A stretch of 64,000 nucleotides of DNA from Macrostomum lignano (lineage: Eukaryota), in contig NIVC01002029.1 in NCBI GenBank assembly GCA_002269645.1, positions 1 to 64,000 of the forward strand. The letters are read 5' to 3'. Position numbers and translations under genes: made by a program. The notes beneath the pieces were generated by a model, which did no database searches, had not been told where the DNA came from, and saw only the letters and a program-made list of their open reading frames with translations. Positions 1 to 12,650 of the stretch are shown here, piece by piece (the stretch's first letter is position 1; the number at the start of each line of letters is the position of its first letter).

Positions 1-2957
1 AGAATATAACAAAAAGCGCTGAAACTGCTAAGTAGAAAACAATAATAACACTATAAGGACTCGACCGTCCAAAACCCCCTGCGTGACAAGCCGCAATGAG
101 AGAGGCTTCAGCAGGAGTTGCAGCCAGCCAGATAGATAGAAAGATATGCAGGGCGGAGCTCAAGAGCCGCCAGCTGTCAGTTAGGCCAGGAGAATGCAAT
201 CTTCACATGTGGGGGGCAATGTACGGCCATTATAATTCATTTCTACTACGATGCTAACAAATTGATTTTCGCCTGCAGGCAAAGCCGCGCTTATTAATGG
301 CCAGTGCTCTAATACGGTACTGAGCAATTGGTCAATTGGTTGGCGACAGAACAGAAAGGTGACAAAACTCTCGTTTTGTTGCATTCTAAATGCTTTAGTC
401 GCTAAGCTCCCGCCGCCGAGGCTTCCAACCGAGCTGGCACATTTCTGGCACAGCTATGGGGTCTTTTAGACAGCCTGTCTCAGGAATGCATAGCATTGTT
501 GATACTGACGCACGGCGCAACGGATGCAGCGATGACCAGCGTATGTATTAGTAGAATAGTGAGCGCCATTGCTAATAAGCATTCCTGGCAGCGCGACTGT
601 TCCTCTGCTTCTCTCCGTCTACTGTCTCACATGGCAACCAAATACTTTCTTTGGTGGTATGGCCGCGCTCCTGTCGCCTTTTATTTGACGATTGAAAGGG
701 TGCCGCCGACTGCCCGTCCACCCCCTGCCAGGCTAAGCGACCGATACCTCCTGGCACGCGGCCTCTGACGCTCCTCGCATTTCCGCTCACTATTTATCGA
801 AAGCAGCAGGCAACGGCAGCATGAGTCAACAAGCTGTTCAAGTTATTATAACTGGAAGCGAGCCTGGCAACTGCAAACGGCATATAAATATGCAGACTGT
901 CTGGCCGAGTGAAAGAAGAGAGAGAGAGCGACACGTATTTTCATGGGGTGCATGCAGTTATGCTATGTAAGAATCGGCAATAACCAAATGGACTTGGCGC
1001 GGTGGGCCGATCTGAATGATGCCGAGACCGAGTGCGCAAGGATGTGGAAGGTCAAAGTTCAGATAGGCGGGGGCCGGTCATGCCAATGGGCTGAAGGCCT
1101 GGGACTGCCAGTTTGAAACAACCTAGCGCCCGGTGCAATGTTGCTTTAGCAAACACAAAAGTCAGCTCGTCACTCGAACCGATCTGTCGCTGGAAGCCTT
1201 TTTTCTTATTCACTTAGTCAGGGACTAAGACTCGACCCCGGCGACCCCCCGCCTCATTAACAACATTTAGCTGCTGCTCCGCCTCCCCGCCTGCCTCCTT
1301 TCCGAAATTCCGACGCTATTTTAGACATTTCGACATCGCCTCTCGATTTAGTGGAGTCACGTCAATGGGAAGTGGAAGCTGGAGGGCGCTGAGAGAGGGA
1401 GGCTGCGAATAGCGAAACAGACCAGATGGCGGTGAGGCTGCATCCACTTCACCGCATGCGAAAGACGTGGCTAAGAAAGGAGCCAACAAAAAATTGAAAA
1501 AAGGCTAGTCCATGTGCAATTTATCTCTGTCTGTCTCCCCTCTTTTCAGTTTATATCAGATTCTTTCAATTCATTAGGCAAAGCCGAGGCTTTGCAGAGC
1601 GGAGTGAAAAAATGAACAAAACTGAAGCACCAAAGCAACTTTTATCGGAAATCCACTTCGCAATAATCTATCTTCCAGAAGAAAATTTGAACTAACTTTT
1701 TCCTTCATTCCGAAACTGGCAAGAGATATATGTCCACCAGGTGTTCATAGCGGCAGTGGATTCGATAAGCGTTCAAACCAAATTATCTTTTGCTTCGAAC
1801 GGAATCCAAAGATATTTGTTTAGATAAGCAGAATGGAATCTCAAAAGAATCAACGCAGTTCTGAAGAGATCCTTGCGCCTATAATCTAACTGGAAGACCT
1901 GGAGTAGCTCGCTACCTTATGTCCAACTGCAATCGAGCTCAAACTGGTCGCTCAGATCAGTAGGGCTCTGTTAAGTCTCAGTTAAACAAAAAACTAGCAA
2001 AAGTTAGCTGCTGTGCGTGTGTGCTCAGTTGCAGCAGCAGCAGCAGCAGCTGGGTCAACGGGATCGAGTATAGAGTTTCGTGTTGTTATACGAGTGAAGC
2101 CGCTGCCTCTCTTGGCCCAAATAGCTCGCACTTGCTATCCAAAATATGACCGAAATCGCTAAAGATAAAACTGGACCGGCCGGCTTTTGCTGGAACTTGT
2201 TTAAATTTGAAGAGCCAGAGAGTTGAGTGACACAGCCGGCATTGTTTTTAACTAGACACTCTCAAAATGCGTCACCCTACGGCCTAGGTAGAAACAATGG
2301 GATTTAGTGAATGCTGGGGGGGGGTAGAGGGAAATAAAAACGGAACTGGACACTTCCCAAACGCTTGCGTTCCCCTATTTCAAACTCTCTCGCTGACTCT
2401 GCTTTTGTGGCACTGGTCCCGCCCTCGACTGTGTCAACTAATTTTGAGCGGAGAAGGGGGGGCGGATTCCCCCCCCCCCAAATATTTGTGTCGCCATGCT
2501 TTGCCTGGGTTTTGACAAAAAGCAGACAGGAACAGACAGTGAGGGATTCTCTATCTGGAGGAATCGCTTCATGGCACTGGTAGAGATGAGGTAAGATGAG
2601 CTGCTGTTTAGCGGGACAGACTATACAGACACCGGCATCCGGGAACCGCCTCTGTATTATATTTTAGTAAAACTAGACAGACTATGAATTTAATAATGTA
2701 TAGTCAAGCAGTGCGGGCGTGCAACAGGAGTTCAGAACTACTGCGGCAAATAATAATATGAAAAAAATCAATTACTAAAAGGTTTTCTCCACCCACTGTG
2801 CCAGTTAATAATAATGAAAATAAAAAACTTTGCGCATGCGGGTGCAGGCGGGACTTGCCTGTTCTCTAGTCAGCTAGTCCCTTCCATCTGTATCATGGGG
2901 GCGACCGGGCGATGAGGAGGCGCCTAAGGGAATGGTCCACAGTATATATGGCTCATC

Positions 2958-3292
2958 TCATCTACTCCCAGCAAGTGTCAGCTTCACCAATTCCTGATGA
3001 TGATTTTTGACGATGATGGAGCAGGGAGCAGAGCGACGAGGCGCAGTCGCCTGTGAAGAATGAAAACGGGCCAGTCTCTGAAATCTCTGCAGGCTAGGTG
3101 GCAGGCCCAACCAGTCTACCGTGAGAGCGAGTCTCTCCTGGGGATAATTGCTCAACTCCGTCCGTAGCCACTTTTCTTCACACGAATGATGAATGAGGCG
3201 GACGAGCAGTTCGGCTTGGTTTTGATCGACAAGACAGTTCACGTTTTGCGGGATGGAGGGAATCGGACGACCTTTTGTCCATAAAGAGTGCA
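2958..3292 (-). CDS. Candidate orphan terminal exon, unknown product
   Basis: Branch-point-like CTAAC plus CAG acceptor at 3293-3294 (minus strand), then a 111-codon non-repetitive open frame ending in TGA. No recognisable domain and no linked upstream exon found. Confidence 0.25.
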
Positions 3293-4234
3293 CTGGCCGA
3301 ACGTTAGTTCAGAGCAACATCATAATCCCATTTTTTATTGCTATTTATGGAATTATGGTTATTGTGATACGATTTTTCTGAGTCATTATTGCAGCCTATG
3401 GTTCTACTCAGAGGCCTCTGAGCCAGACTAAAATCAATTGACCATTGCCTATCATCAGTGCCGTAATAAATTTAGCAAGTTGAATTCCAAAATCAAGGCG
3501 CGACAGCGTTTCGCTGCGCTAGTAAAGATTTTCATTGCGACCAGATATTTCCGCCAAAAAACGCCGCAAAATCTGTTCCGCATTCAAAAATCAAAATGAC
3601 GATAGAAAGTCGCAAGAAGAAAGAATTAGCCGGCATTATTAATTGCCTCGGGTGGCAGATTCCTCACCCACTCTCTGCTGTCTCCCAATACGGCCACTAA
3701 AGAGAGGGTATCGTTTCGGAAAGTCGCGCGCAAAGGGGGGGGGGGTCCCTCAGCCACCAAAGCCTGGGATCAATCGTTTTTTCACCGCTACAGGAAATTG
3801 ATACTTCAATCGCGAGGCTTGCCTGAATCCGAATGAATTATTATAATCTTATCCCGCCTCGCGCTAATCCGCAAAAAGTGACGCTGCGAAGTCGCTTATT
3901 TGGGTCGGTGGGCCTCGCAAATCAAGAAGAAACTGGGAAAATATAAACACAGGAAATAAAAGACACGAATTTGATGACGAATATTGAAGGAGACTGGGGA
4001 TGGGAGACGGGGGGGGGAGTCTGCGAACAAAGATGAGACGGGAAATTACCGAACGACATCTGCTGTTCGTGGTTTAGTTTCAGATTGGCAGCGGAATCGT
4101 GGGTTACATAAATTCCCCGGAACCCCTGGAGCGGCGCAACGAAAACACGGGCTCACAATCCCCGTGCCAGGCCGCGTTCAAGGCACTGAGGTCAAATGAA
4201 TGGGAGCCCTGTGACATTGCTTCCTTTACTTTCG

Positions 4235-4804
4235 TATCCCCCCCTCTCACCTGACACTGGATCTCCTATCTTCCACTCTCACCTGACACTGTATCTCCCC
4301 TCTCACCTGACACTGCATCTCCCCCTCTCACCTGACACTGCATCTCTCCCTCTCACCTGACACTGCATCTCCCCCTCTCACCTGACACTGCATCTCCCCC
4401 TCTCACCTGACACTGCATCTCTCCCTCTCACCTGACACTGCATCTCCCCCTCTCACCTGACACTGCATCTCCCCCTCTCACCTGACACTGTATCTCTCCT
4501 TCTTACCTGACACTGTATCTCCCCCTCTCACCTGACACTGCATCTCCCCCTCTCACCTGAAACTGTATCTCTCCCTCTCACCTGACACTGCATCTCCCCC
4601 TCTCACCTGAAACTGTATCTCTCCCTCTCACCTGACACTGTATATCTCCCCCTCTCACCTGACACTGGATCTCCCCCTCTCACCTGACACTGGATCTCCC
4701 CCTCTCACCTGACACTGGATCTCCCATCTCCCCCTCTCACCTGACACTGCATCTCCCCCTCTCACCTGAAACTGTATCTCCCACTCTCACCTGACACTGC
4801 ATCT
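4235..4804. repeat. Minisatellite, ~25-bp unit CCCCCTCTCACCTGACACTGCATCT, ~22 copies
   Basis: Tandem units directly visible, with minor variants. Confidence 0.95.
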
Positions 4805-4984
4805 CGTACAGCCAGTCAAACAAGCAAAAGATGCAGCGAATATTGCAAATAACTTGATTGACACGAACTTCACCTGGCAGACTCCACACTTTCTTAATCA
4901 ACCCTGTTAGGTATTAAAAATACGCTCTGGCCCTTAACAACTATTAAGACGGCGGTGGTCAACAGCTAACAAGAAAATTCAAAC

Positions 4985-5470
4985 AAAGAACAATGGCACA
5001 CTGCAATGCTAGAAACTAGAACTATTTACTGACATGCATTCGCGCACGCCTATCCCACTCTTGCACAATCTGCAGCCACCCACCCACCTATGGAGAAAGA
5101 TTGCGTGATCTTCACTTTTTCTGTCGCCATCGGCCATCGTTTTGCAGCGAATGCCCCGTTGAAGACTTCGCATTCTCGCCTGTTACGTCTCTGGGGGTTG
5201 GGGACTCGGGGGCGAGCACACTGACTGACTGAGCTCAGCTTTATGGATAGTCCGACCCGCCCAGGCATTCTCTACCTCCCCCCTGGAACACTCGATCATG
5301 TTCCTCGACCATGCTAAGACCCACAGGAACACACGATGGTTAATTAAACGCACACACAGCCCTACAGAGACTGAGGCCTGGGAGACTGGCATTCCGACGC
5401 TACTCAGAGAATACACTGCTGCCCTGCTAAAAAAACTGGGAACTTACAACCCCCTCCCAGCTGCCTGCCG
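4985..5470 (+). mobile_element. Possible decayed 3' fragment of a non-LTR retrotransposon ORF
   Basis: One frame, interrupted by 4 stops (3 TGA), reads ...KLELF...RLRIL...LEHSIMF..., loosely like LINE ORF2 C-termini. No RT core motif is visible. Confidence 0.2.
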
Positions 5471-8400
5471 GACTGATGAGGCTCGTGGGGGGGGGGGGGG
5501 CACGCGTCACGCGAAAGTTCAAAAAGTTGAGCAGCAACTAGAAGTCAGAACTCTCTCTTCCTCTTTTTCCCTATGTCTGTCCGCTTGAATTTACTGCTGC
5601 AGAGTGGCAAGCTGCTGCGCTGGTAGGCCTTTCTGAGGCTTCTTTTCCGTTAGCATTTCCTCTGCATGCCAGCATTTTACTGGAGAAGAGGTTTTTACAA
5701 GACATATTTTAGAGAGAAGTTTCCACCTGTGCAGTCTGAACGCTGTCGCTGCCTGCTGGTTGAGAAATGAAAATTAATGCAGGCATGCAGTTCGCTGCTT
5801 ACCCAACCGCCTCCACAAATATAAAAAGTGATTTATTCAATAAAGGAACCCGCATGAATTCGCTCAGCCAGCCAAATCGCCCAATTAATATCAGGGACTT
5901 GAAACCCAATTCTCCTAATGGTTTGTCTTCAACATTTTTTATAGTCAAGCCTTAATCAGGCTAAGTATAGGATTAGCAGATTCAAAAGCCCCCCCCCGCC
6001 TTTAGCTCGTATTGAGCTTATGATGCAAGCTAGGGAATAGCAATAATTTGGTATTTCAAAACAGCGAGGTGCGGGCCGTAGGTTAGAAAACTAGCAAGCA
6101 GCAAATACGAATATGCCAGTTACTTATAATGCGGAGGGCCAAGGCCGGGGGGAACCTTGACCTGGCTTACCCAAGCCCCTCTTTTCAAAGTCCCCTGAGC
6201 GCCAATGTCAATCACTCGAAAAAGCTTTGTCTGAATCCTTCTGTGTCTGTCGTGCGCCTACAGTCCTCTCCGACTCTCTCTTGCGTCAGTCAGTCAGTCA
6301 GTCTGGTGGGGTCAGGGGGACGGGGAAGTGATTGAAAAAATATAATAAATTCCAAATGCAGACACTGCAAGTCTCTGACTCTGTCTGTCTGCCTGTCCAT
6401 TTGATTTCTCTGGTATTCGCCTTCCCCTTTGTGTCAATGCGCCGGTCCAACTAAATTTATTTCCTAGATTTTTCAGACCAGAAATTCGTCCTACCATCGA
6501 TGTCGAACAAGATCAAGAAAGAAATTGTCAAAACCAACTGATATCCTTGGGTGTCAAGCAAGATAGACTACCAGTTCACCGGATGTCAGTCACCAGATTT
6601 GCCTTAACATCGAATTTTGGACGATTCAGCGTATTAACACTCTGTCTTCAGGGTGTTTGTTTTCATTATTTTATCGCATAGAAAATAATCAGCAGGTCTC
6701 GAATATTGCTGTGCATGACTCGTGTCAAAGAAGACGCTTATAGGAGCTTCCACTCGATCTTCGCTTAGCAATCAGTTCTATTGGCAAGCTTTCTGAAGCT
6801 ACAACTCAATCTGAATATGACAACTAGCCGGTTGGCAACAAGAGGCACAAACCGCTAGCGCTTGCCCTCGGGCAATATATCCACCAGCCAGTCGGTGTGT
6901 GCGGCTATTAACAGTAACAAAGGAATTCTTGCTGCTTATACTGTCGCCAAAAAAACTGAGGCGCGCTTATTGGTAGGCCGAACTCGCCGGACTCCAGGTG
7001 TCGCACGTGCTCGAGCCATACCGTGTAGCATAGCAACTAACTTCGATTCTAGGTGTGTTGCAGGTTGACACTCTTTTCAACACTTCTCTCCGTCTATATA
7101 CACTGTACAAGCTACACTTCGAGGTTACAGCTGTAACAGCTGGAATTCTACGCACTTCAAGTGCCGACAAATAGGCTCAGTTGAAAAAGTTACAACCCAC
7201 CCAGCCAGCTCAAATATGCATTAAAACTGTCTGCGAAAACAATCTGTTGGCACCATCTTTCTATACGAGCATTGTTTTGGCGTCGGGTCTCAATAAATGA
7301 GATAATAAACCGTCTCGTTCTCACGCAGTTTTTTTTCGCATCTCGAGATTTTTACTCGTTGATTGCACACCTTTTGCTGCTGCTGTTGCATTGTTGTTTG
7401 TTTCCCCAGAGAAAACACAAACGACTGTTGTCATAAAAATATTAATCACCCCGTTTCTAGCTGGTATTATACCGAGCGTATATCTCTATAGGGACTGCAA
7501 AGAAATGTTCTGCAACTATATTTTAAAGAGACCAAACTGCGTAAGTGCAGGCTAAGCTCGTAAAAGAAAGTAAATCCTTGACGCCTAACGCACTCCAAGC
7601 TGTCCGTCTCACTTGAGCAGCTGCTGCTGCTGTTGCCGCTTTAAGATTTGGCTGCAGCTCCAGTTGAAACAAGAGACACAATGCACGACTCAAGATAACT
7701 AAGCAGTTGCTGCATTGTTTTTCAATCAATTGTCTTTTTTGCTTCACTGTTTTCCCATCACACTCCAGTCGGGTCCAGAATTTCCAAAAGAGGTCATACC
7801 AGAAACATGCTTCCCCGACACAGCCTTAAGGGTGACGCAACACCCTGACAGGCTGTGGGAAATTAGCCCTAAAAATCTATGTAGCCTGTGCGTGTTCAAG
7901 TGTGCCTCTCTTTGCGCCACTTTCTTTTCCTCTGCTTTGTCCCGGCCTTAACAGAAAAACCTTTGCGTGGGAGAAAAGACGAGTCCAGTGTTGTCTGTCG
8001 CTTTAACATGATTGATGAATTAGCAATTGTTTAAATCTTTTCCTTTGCACAATTTTGAAAACAAGCAGGCATGCATGCGAACTGAATCCATTCAAGTGCT
8101 TCGACCTGACAGATACTAGAATGGAGCGTTACACGATAACGCAGCCGCTGCCTCACCGAGAACTCAGGATTTACAATCGGGAATAGTTCCGCTCGCAAAT
8201 CCGCTCCCCCTATCACAGCGAGTAGAGAATGGAGAAATAATTCCGCCCCCCCCTCTAGAAAATCCGCTCCCTACCCACCTCCCCACCAAGTAGATCAGGG
8301 ACCATATAGGGAGTATCCGCCCTTCCTGAAGAATCTGCTCTCTACCTCACTCAAGCACACAGGAAGAAAATAGAGGAATTCTCGCCATGAAAAACCGCTT

Positions 8401-8901
8401 TCTACCTCAGCGCCTCGATGAGTAGATAAGGAGAAGCAACGGGGTGAAATATCTGCCCCTGAAAATCCACCCCCAGAATATTATTCAAATCTTGCTCAGA
8501 CAGTCCCTAGAAACAAGTTAGTCTAACATAAGCAACGGACACGAAAAAACTGATTGCACAAGCAAAAAACCGATAACTGCAAAATTCTGCATTTAGTGAC
8601 AATCGATCCACAACTATCTCGGAAGCGATAGGATGCAAAAAGGAGGTGCCATCCACCTTTCCTGACCCCCGGTGTGTCGTGTGCGCATAGGCGAGGGGGC
8701 GTGGCGCCCTCCCACCTAACTTGGGGCTGTGCAGGCAGGCAGGCAGACGGTAGGCAGGAAGGCTGAAGGAGGCATCGGATGGGAAGCTGGGAGGAAAAGA
8801 GAAAGAAGAGTTCGGGCAATATAATATCACATCGCGGTTTGCATCCGGGACTCCTGCTCAGCTCACTCTCTCGCTTTCCTTCGATCCGACAGTGTGTGTG
8901 T

Positions 8902-9615
8902 GGGGGGTTGCTTTCACAAACGCGAAATTTCACAACCGCTAAATCATTTACTTTCACAACCGCGAAACTTCATAACCGCGAAACTTCATAACCGCGAAAC
9001 TTCACAACCGCTAAATCACCTACTTTCACAACCGCGAAACTTCACAACCGCTAATTTTTTTTGCAGTCACTTTCATAAACGCGAAACTTCACAAACGCGC
9101 AACTTCACAACCGCTAAATCACCCACTTTCATAAGCGCGAAACTTCACAAACGCGAAACTTCACAACCGCTAAATGTCATCTACTTTCACAACCGCGAAA
9201 CTTCATAACTGCGAAACTTCACAACCGCTAAAAAGACTGCAGTATATGAAAGTATGTGCAAAATTTTTAGCGGTTGTGAAGTTTCGCGGTTATGAAGTTT
9301 CGCGGTTGTGAAAGTAGATGACATTTAGCGGTTGTGAAGTTTCGCGTTTGTGAAGTTTCGCGGTTGTGAAGTTTCGCGTTTGTGAAAGTGACAGCAAAAA
9401 ATTTTGCGGTTGTGAAGTTTCGCGTTTATGAAATTTAGCGCTTATGAAAGTAGGTGATTTAGCGGTTGTGAAGTTTCGCGGTTGTGAAGTTTCGCGTTTA
9501 TGAAAGTGACTGCAAAAAAGTTAGCGGTTGTGAAGTTTCGCGTTTGTGAAGTTTCGCGTTTATGAAAGCAAGTGCTTTTAGCGGTTATGAAATTTCGCGT
9601 TTGTGTAACCCACCC
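8902..9615. mobile_element. Foldback / non-autonomous TIR element built from 16-bp sub-repeats
   Basis: Left arm 8902-9234 and right arm 9264-9615 are reverse complements made of TTCACAACCGCGAAAC-type units around a 29-nt spacer. Termini are GGGGGGTT / AACCCACCC, with TGTGT on both flanks (8897-8901, 9616-9620). No ORF. Confidence 0.85.
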
Positions 9616-9978
9616 TGTGTGGGTATAAGGGGGAAAGAAGGCACCAGAGGTCAAGGAAGTGGGAGATTTTTCGGGAGACTGCCAATATACATTGGGAAAA
9701 CGGGAGCTGCTGCTCAGTGGAAGAAGACCAAAGGACCAAAGGAGTGAGTTTAGTGGCTAGCTATTGGTATTACCCTACATATGAACATGCATTCCAAGCA
9801 TCATGCGGTGGCGGGTACGGAATAGATTAAAAGGAATTCAAAGGAAATAAAGAGACAGATTTGTGAGAAAGAGACTGACTGTACGCGCTTGGAACTGAAT
9901 GGGAGACTCCAATCCCGGACATGCTTTGTTAAAAGCCGCAGCGCCTAGCTCCGACTGTGCGTCTCTTTATCTATCTAG

Positions 9979-11257
9979 GCTCTCCGGTGCTTGGCTGGCT
10001 TTTCACACCCCTTCTTGACGTTTATAGAAAATGCATGCCTGTCTGCCAACTTGCTCTCGGCGTGGTGTTTAGTAAGTGTTTAGTAAAGTTAAGCACGAGC
10101 TCTCCTGTAGCAGCAGACAGCTTACATCACTACAGGTAGATGAATAGATGAAACATTAGAGTTTGGAGCGAAGGAGCTGACAATTTTTCGTCTAAAAGTG
10201 TTACGGGCACACTTCAGAGACAGGTGCGCCCACCTTTGAGACGCCGAGATAGAGAGAGAGAGAGACAAGAAGAGAGGAACAATGGGACTTTGAAAGTTGA
10301 GTAGCCGAGAGGCTGCATTGTCTTCAAAGGCTCCATCAGAATTGTTCAAATCCCAATGCTAATAACGAACTCAAGGATTAGTTATTCAGCTAAGCCAACC
10401 GATCGAATATCTTATTAACTGGTGTTTTAGCATAGACAGGTTTTCAGTAATTAACAATACTAATAAAACTTCTGGTAGGGAATAACGGATAGCAGAAGTT
10501 ACTTGTGTCTTTAATCGCTCCCTTCTCGTGCCTTTAGCGCCTCTCTCGTGTCTGCTAGCTCCAGCTCCTCTCTCGCGTCTGTTAGCTCCTCTCTCGTGTC
10601 TGCTAGCTCCTCTCTCGTGTCTGTTAGCTCCTCTCTCGCGTCTGTTAGCTCCTCTCTCGTGTCTGCTAGCTCCTCTCTCGCGTCTGTTAGCTTCTCTCTC
10701 GTGTCTGCTCGTGGCCTTGAGTGGCTGGCATATCTACTAACGTCCTTATTTCTCATTCCAAAAACCAATTGATTGATGCTCTAACAGAGTTGCTCTCTTA
10801 TTTAACGCTCCAAGTGAGAGCTGCTGAGAGTGAAAGAGAGCGAAAGCCGTGCTGGAGATGCCGGATTGCAGGTCTCCTCTGCTTTTCATTGGGAATGGCA
10901 GAGTCCAGGGTGCAAACAAAATAATAGGAAAAAACCTGCTGCTGCTCTTCTCACGCCACAGACTATGGTAATTTTCTTCGCCTCAAGGCACGGCTTGCTC
11001 AGACCCATAGGTTGTGAGACTGGGCAAGGTTTGTGTGGAGGGAACTGTAGATTGCTGTGCTGCTGGTTCCACTGCTAACATGGGTCTGTCCGTGTCTTGT
11101 TTTTTTAGAGTTCATCTACTTGCAAAAAACCAAACAGCAAGAATACGCAGGAAATTACTGCTAATTTTATTCCTTTGTGACTCAATGGCTTTTTATGGAT
11201 AATTCTATTACGAGCTAGTATAACTTGTATTGCCCCGAGTACTATCTATTTATTTAT

Positions 11258-11331
<74 letters not shown>

Positions 11332-11522
11332 GTCTGTCTATTTCAATCTATCTAGCAGTAGCAGCAGCAGCACTACCTCTGTCATATGCCTATCAAAAGG
11401 CAGTCAGTCTTCTGTCTTCTGTCAGTCTTCTGATGTCCCGCAGGGAGGCCAGCGATCATGTTCAAATCTTCTGGCGGGATTCTGATCCCAACCCAGCTGA
11501 GCTGGGAGAAGGAAGCCACTAA
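9979..11522 (+). CDS. Candidate unannotated multi-exon gene (3' part), unknown product
   Basis: GT-AG-bounded segments 9979-10071, 10111-10135, 10962-11013 and 11444-11522 chain in compatible phases into one open frame (ALRCLAGF...QQTAYITTDYGNFLRLKARLAQTHRLEASDHVQIFWRD...GSH*). No family recognised. Confidence 0.25.
10536..10705. repeat. Minisatellite, 21-bp unit CTCCTCTCTCGTGTCTGCTAG
   Basis: About 8 tandem units; explains the repetitive ORFs at 10511-10772. Confidence 0.9.
11259..11330. repeat. (TATC)n microsatellite
   Basis: Directly visible. Confidence 0.95.
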
Positions 11523-12139
11523 ACAATACTGGGGAGGATAAATAAACTGTCAATCGGCCAGAAAAAACCAAATCTGTCAATCTGAAAAACAGTCCCTGCT
11601 GAATATTTCATCTACCTGTTAAGAGACTTTGGCGGAATTGGTGCGTTTCAATTTGACAATATTTCGCATGCCAGTCAAGAGAATCACTGGTCAGTCAGCG
11701 GATGGCCAGTTGCTGATGATGGACGCTTGTATCTGGGTGGGTCATTCCCTCAGGTCCGTGAGTTCGGTATCATCAAGACAAAACTGTTTTAAATACAGGT
11801 ACACCGAAACCTAGGGTATATTTACCATTGTAAGCCCAGTAGTCTTCTCATAGAGAAAAAGGCAGGTTTCTGCACTCTGATTGTATTCTGGCGTCTCTAT
11901 GTCTGGAGTCCAGTGGTTCCATTGCTTTACATACCCTCTTGTTGTCGAATTCTGATTAAATTCTTTCCACTTACTGCTTTCTGGCAGAGGCAAAGTTTCT
12001 GGGAGTGGGGGGAAGTGCCTGACTGCGGATTTGTTTGCGTTTTATTAAATTAAATCAGAATTTTTTGAGCAGCTCGGGTGTGGCGGATGAGGGGAGAAAA
12101 ACGTGGTGGGGTGATTTCCTTCGACTTCGCCATGCGCTG

Positions 12140-12650
12140 TCTCTCCTTAGCTCTCATTGTCTCCTCTTAGCTTTGTCTCTCTCGTTAGCTTTCTTACTGT
12201 ATCTCCTTAGCTTTCATTATCTCCAATTAGCTTACTCACTGTCTCTTCTTAGCTCTCACATTGTCTCCCATTAGCTCTCGGTGTCTCCACTTAGATCTTA
12301 GTTTCGCCTTAGCTCTATCTCCACTTAGCTCTTACAGTTTCTCCTTAGCTCTTACAGTTTCTCATTAGCTCTTACAGTTTCACCTTAGCTCTTACAGCTT
12401 CTCCTTAGCTCTGTGTCCTCACTTAGCCCTTACAGTTTCTCTTAAACTCTGTCTTTACTTAGCTCTTACAGCTTCTCCTTAGCTCTTACAGTTTCTCATT
12501 AGCTCCTACAGTTTCTCATTAGCTCTGTGTCTTCACTTAGCCCTTACAGTTTCTCTTTAACTCTGTGTCTTTACTTAGCTCTTACAGTTTCTCTTTAACT
12601 CTGTCTTTACTTAGCTCTTACAGCTTCTCCTTAGCTCTGTGTCTCCACTG
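12140..12650. repeat. Degenerate ~20-bp minisatellite TTAGCTCTTACAGTTTCTCC
   Basis: Tandem pyrimidine-rich units visible. Confidence 0.85.

Noticed and set aside
5465-5545. CTGATGA...GAAA, a possible hammerhead ribozyme
   Set aside because: Stem II does not pair beyond one base pair and no stem I can be formed; only stem III is plausible.
11811-11993. C-type-lectin-like words (WNHW.P...ETCLFL...VNIP)
   Set aside because: The frame stops where the conserved Cys should be, and no convincing exon boundaries enclose it.
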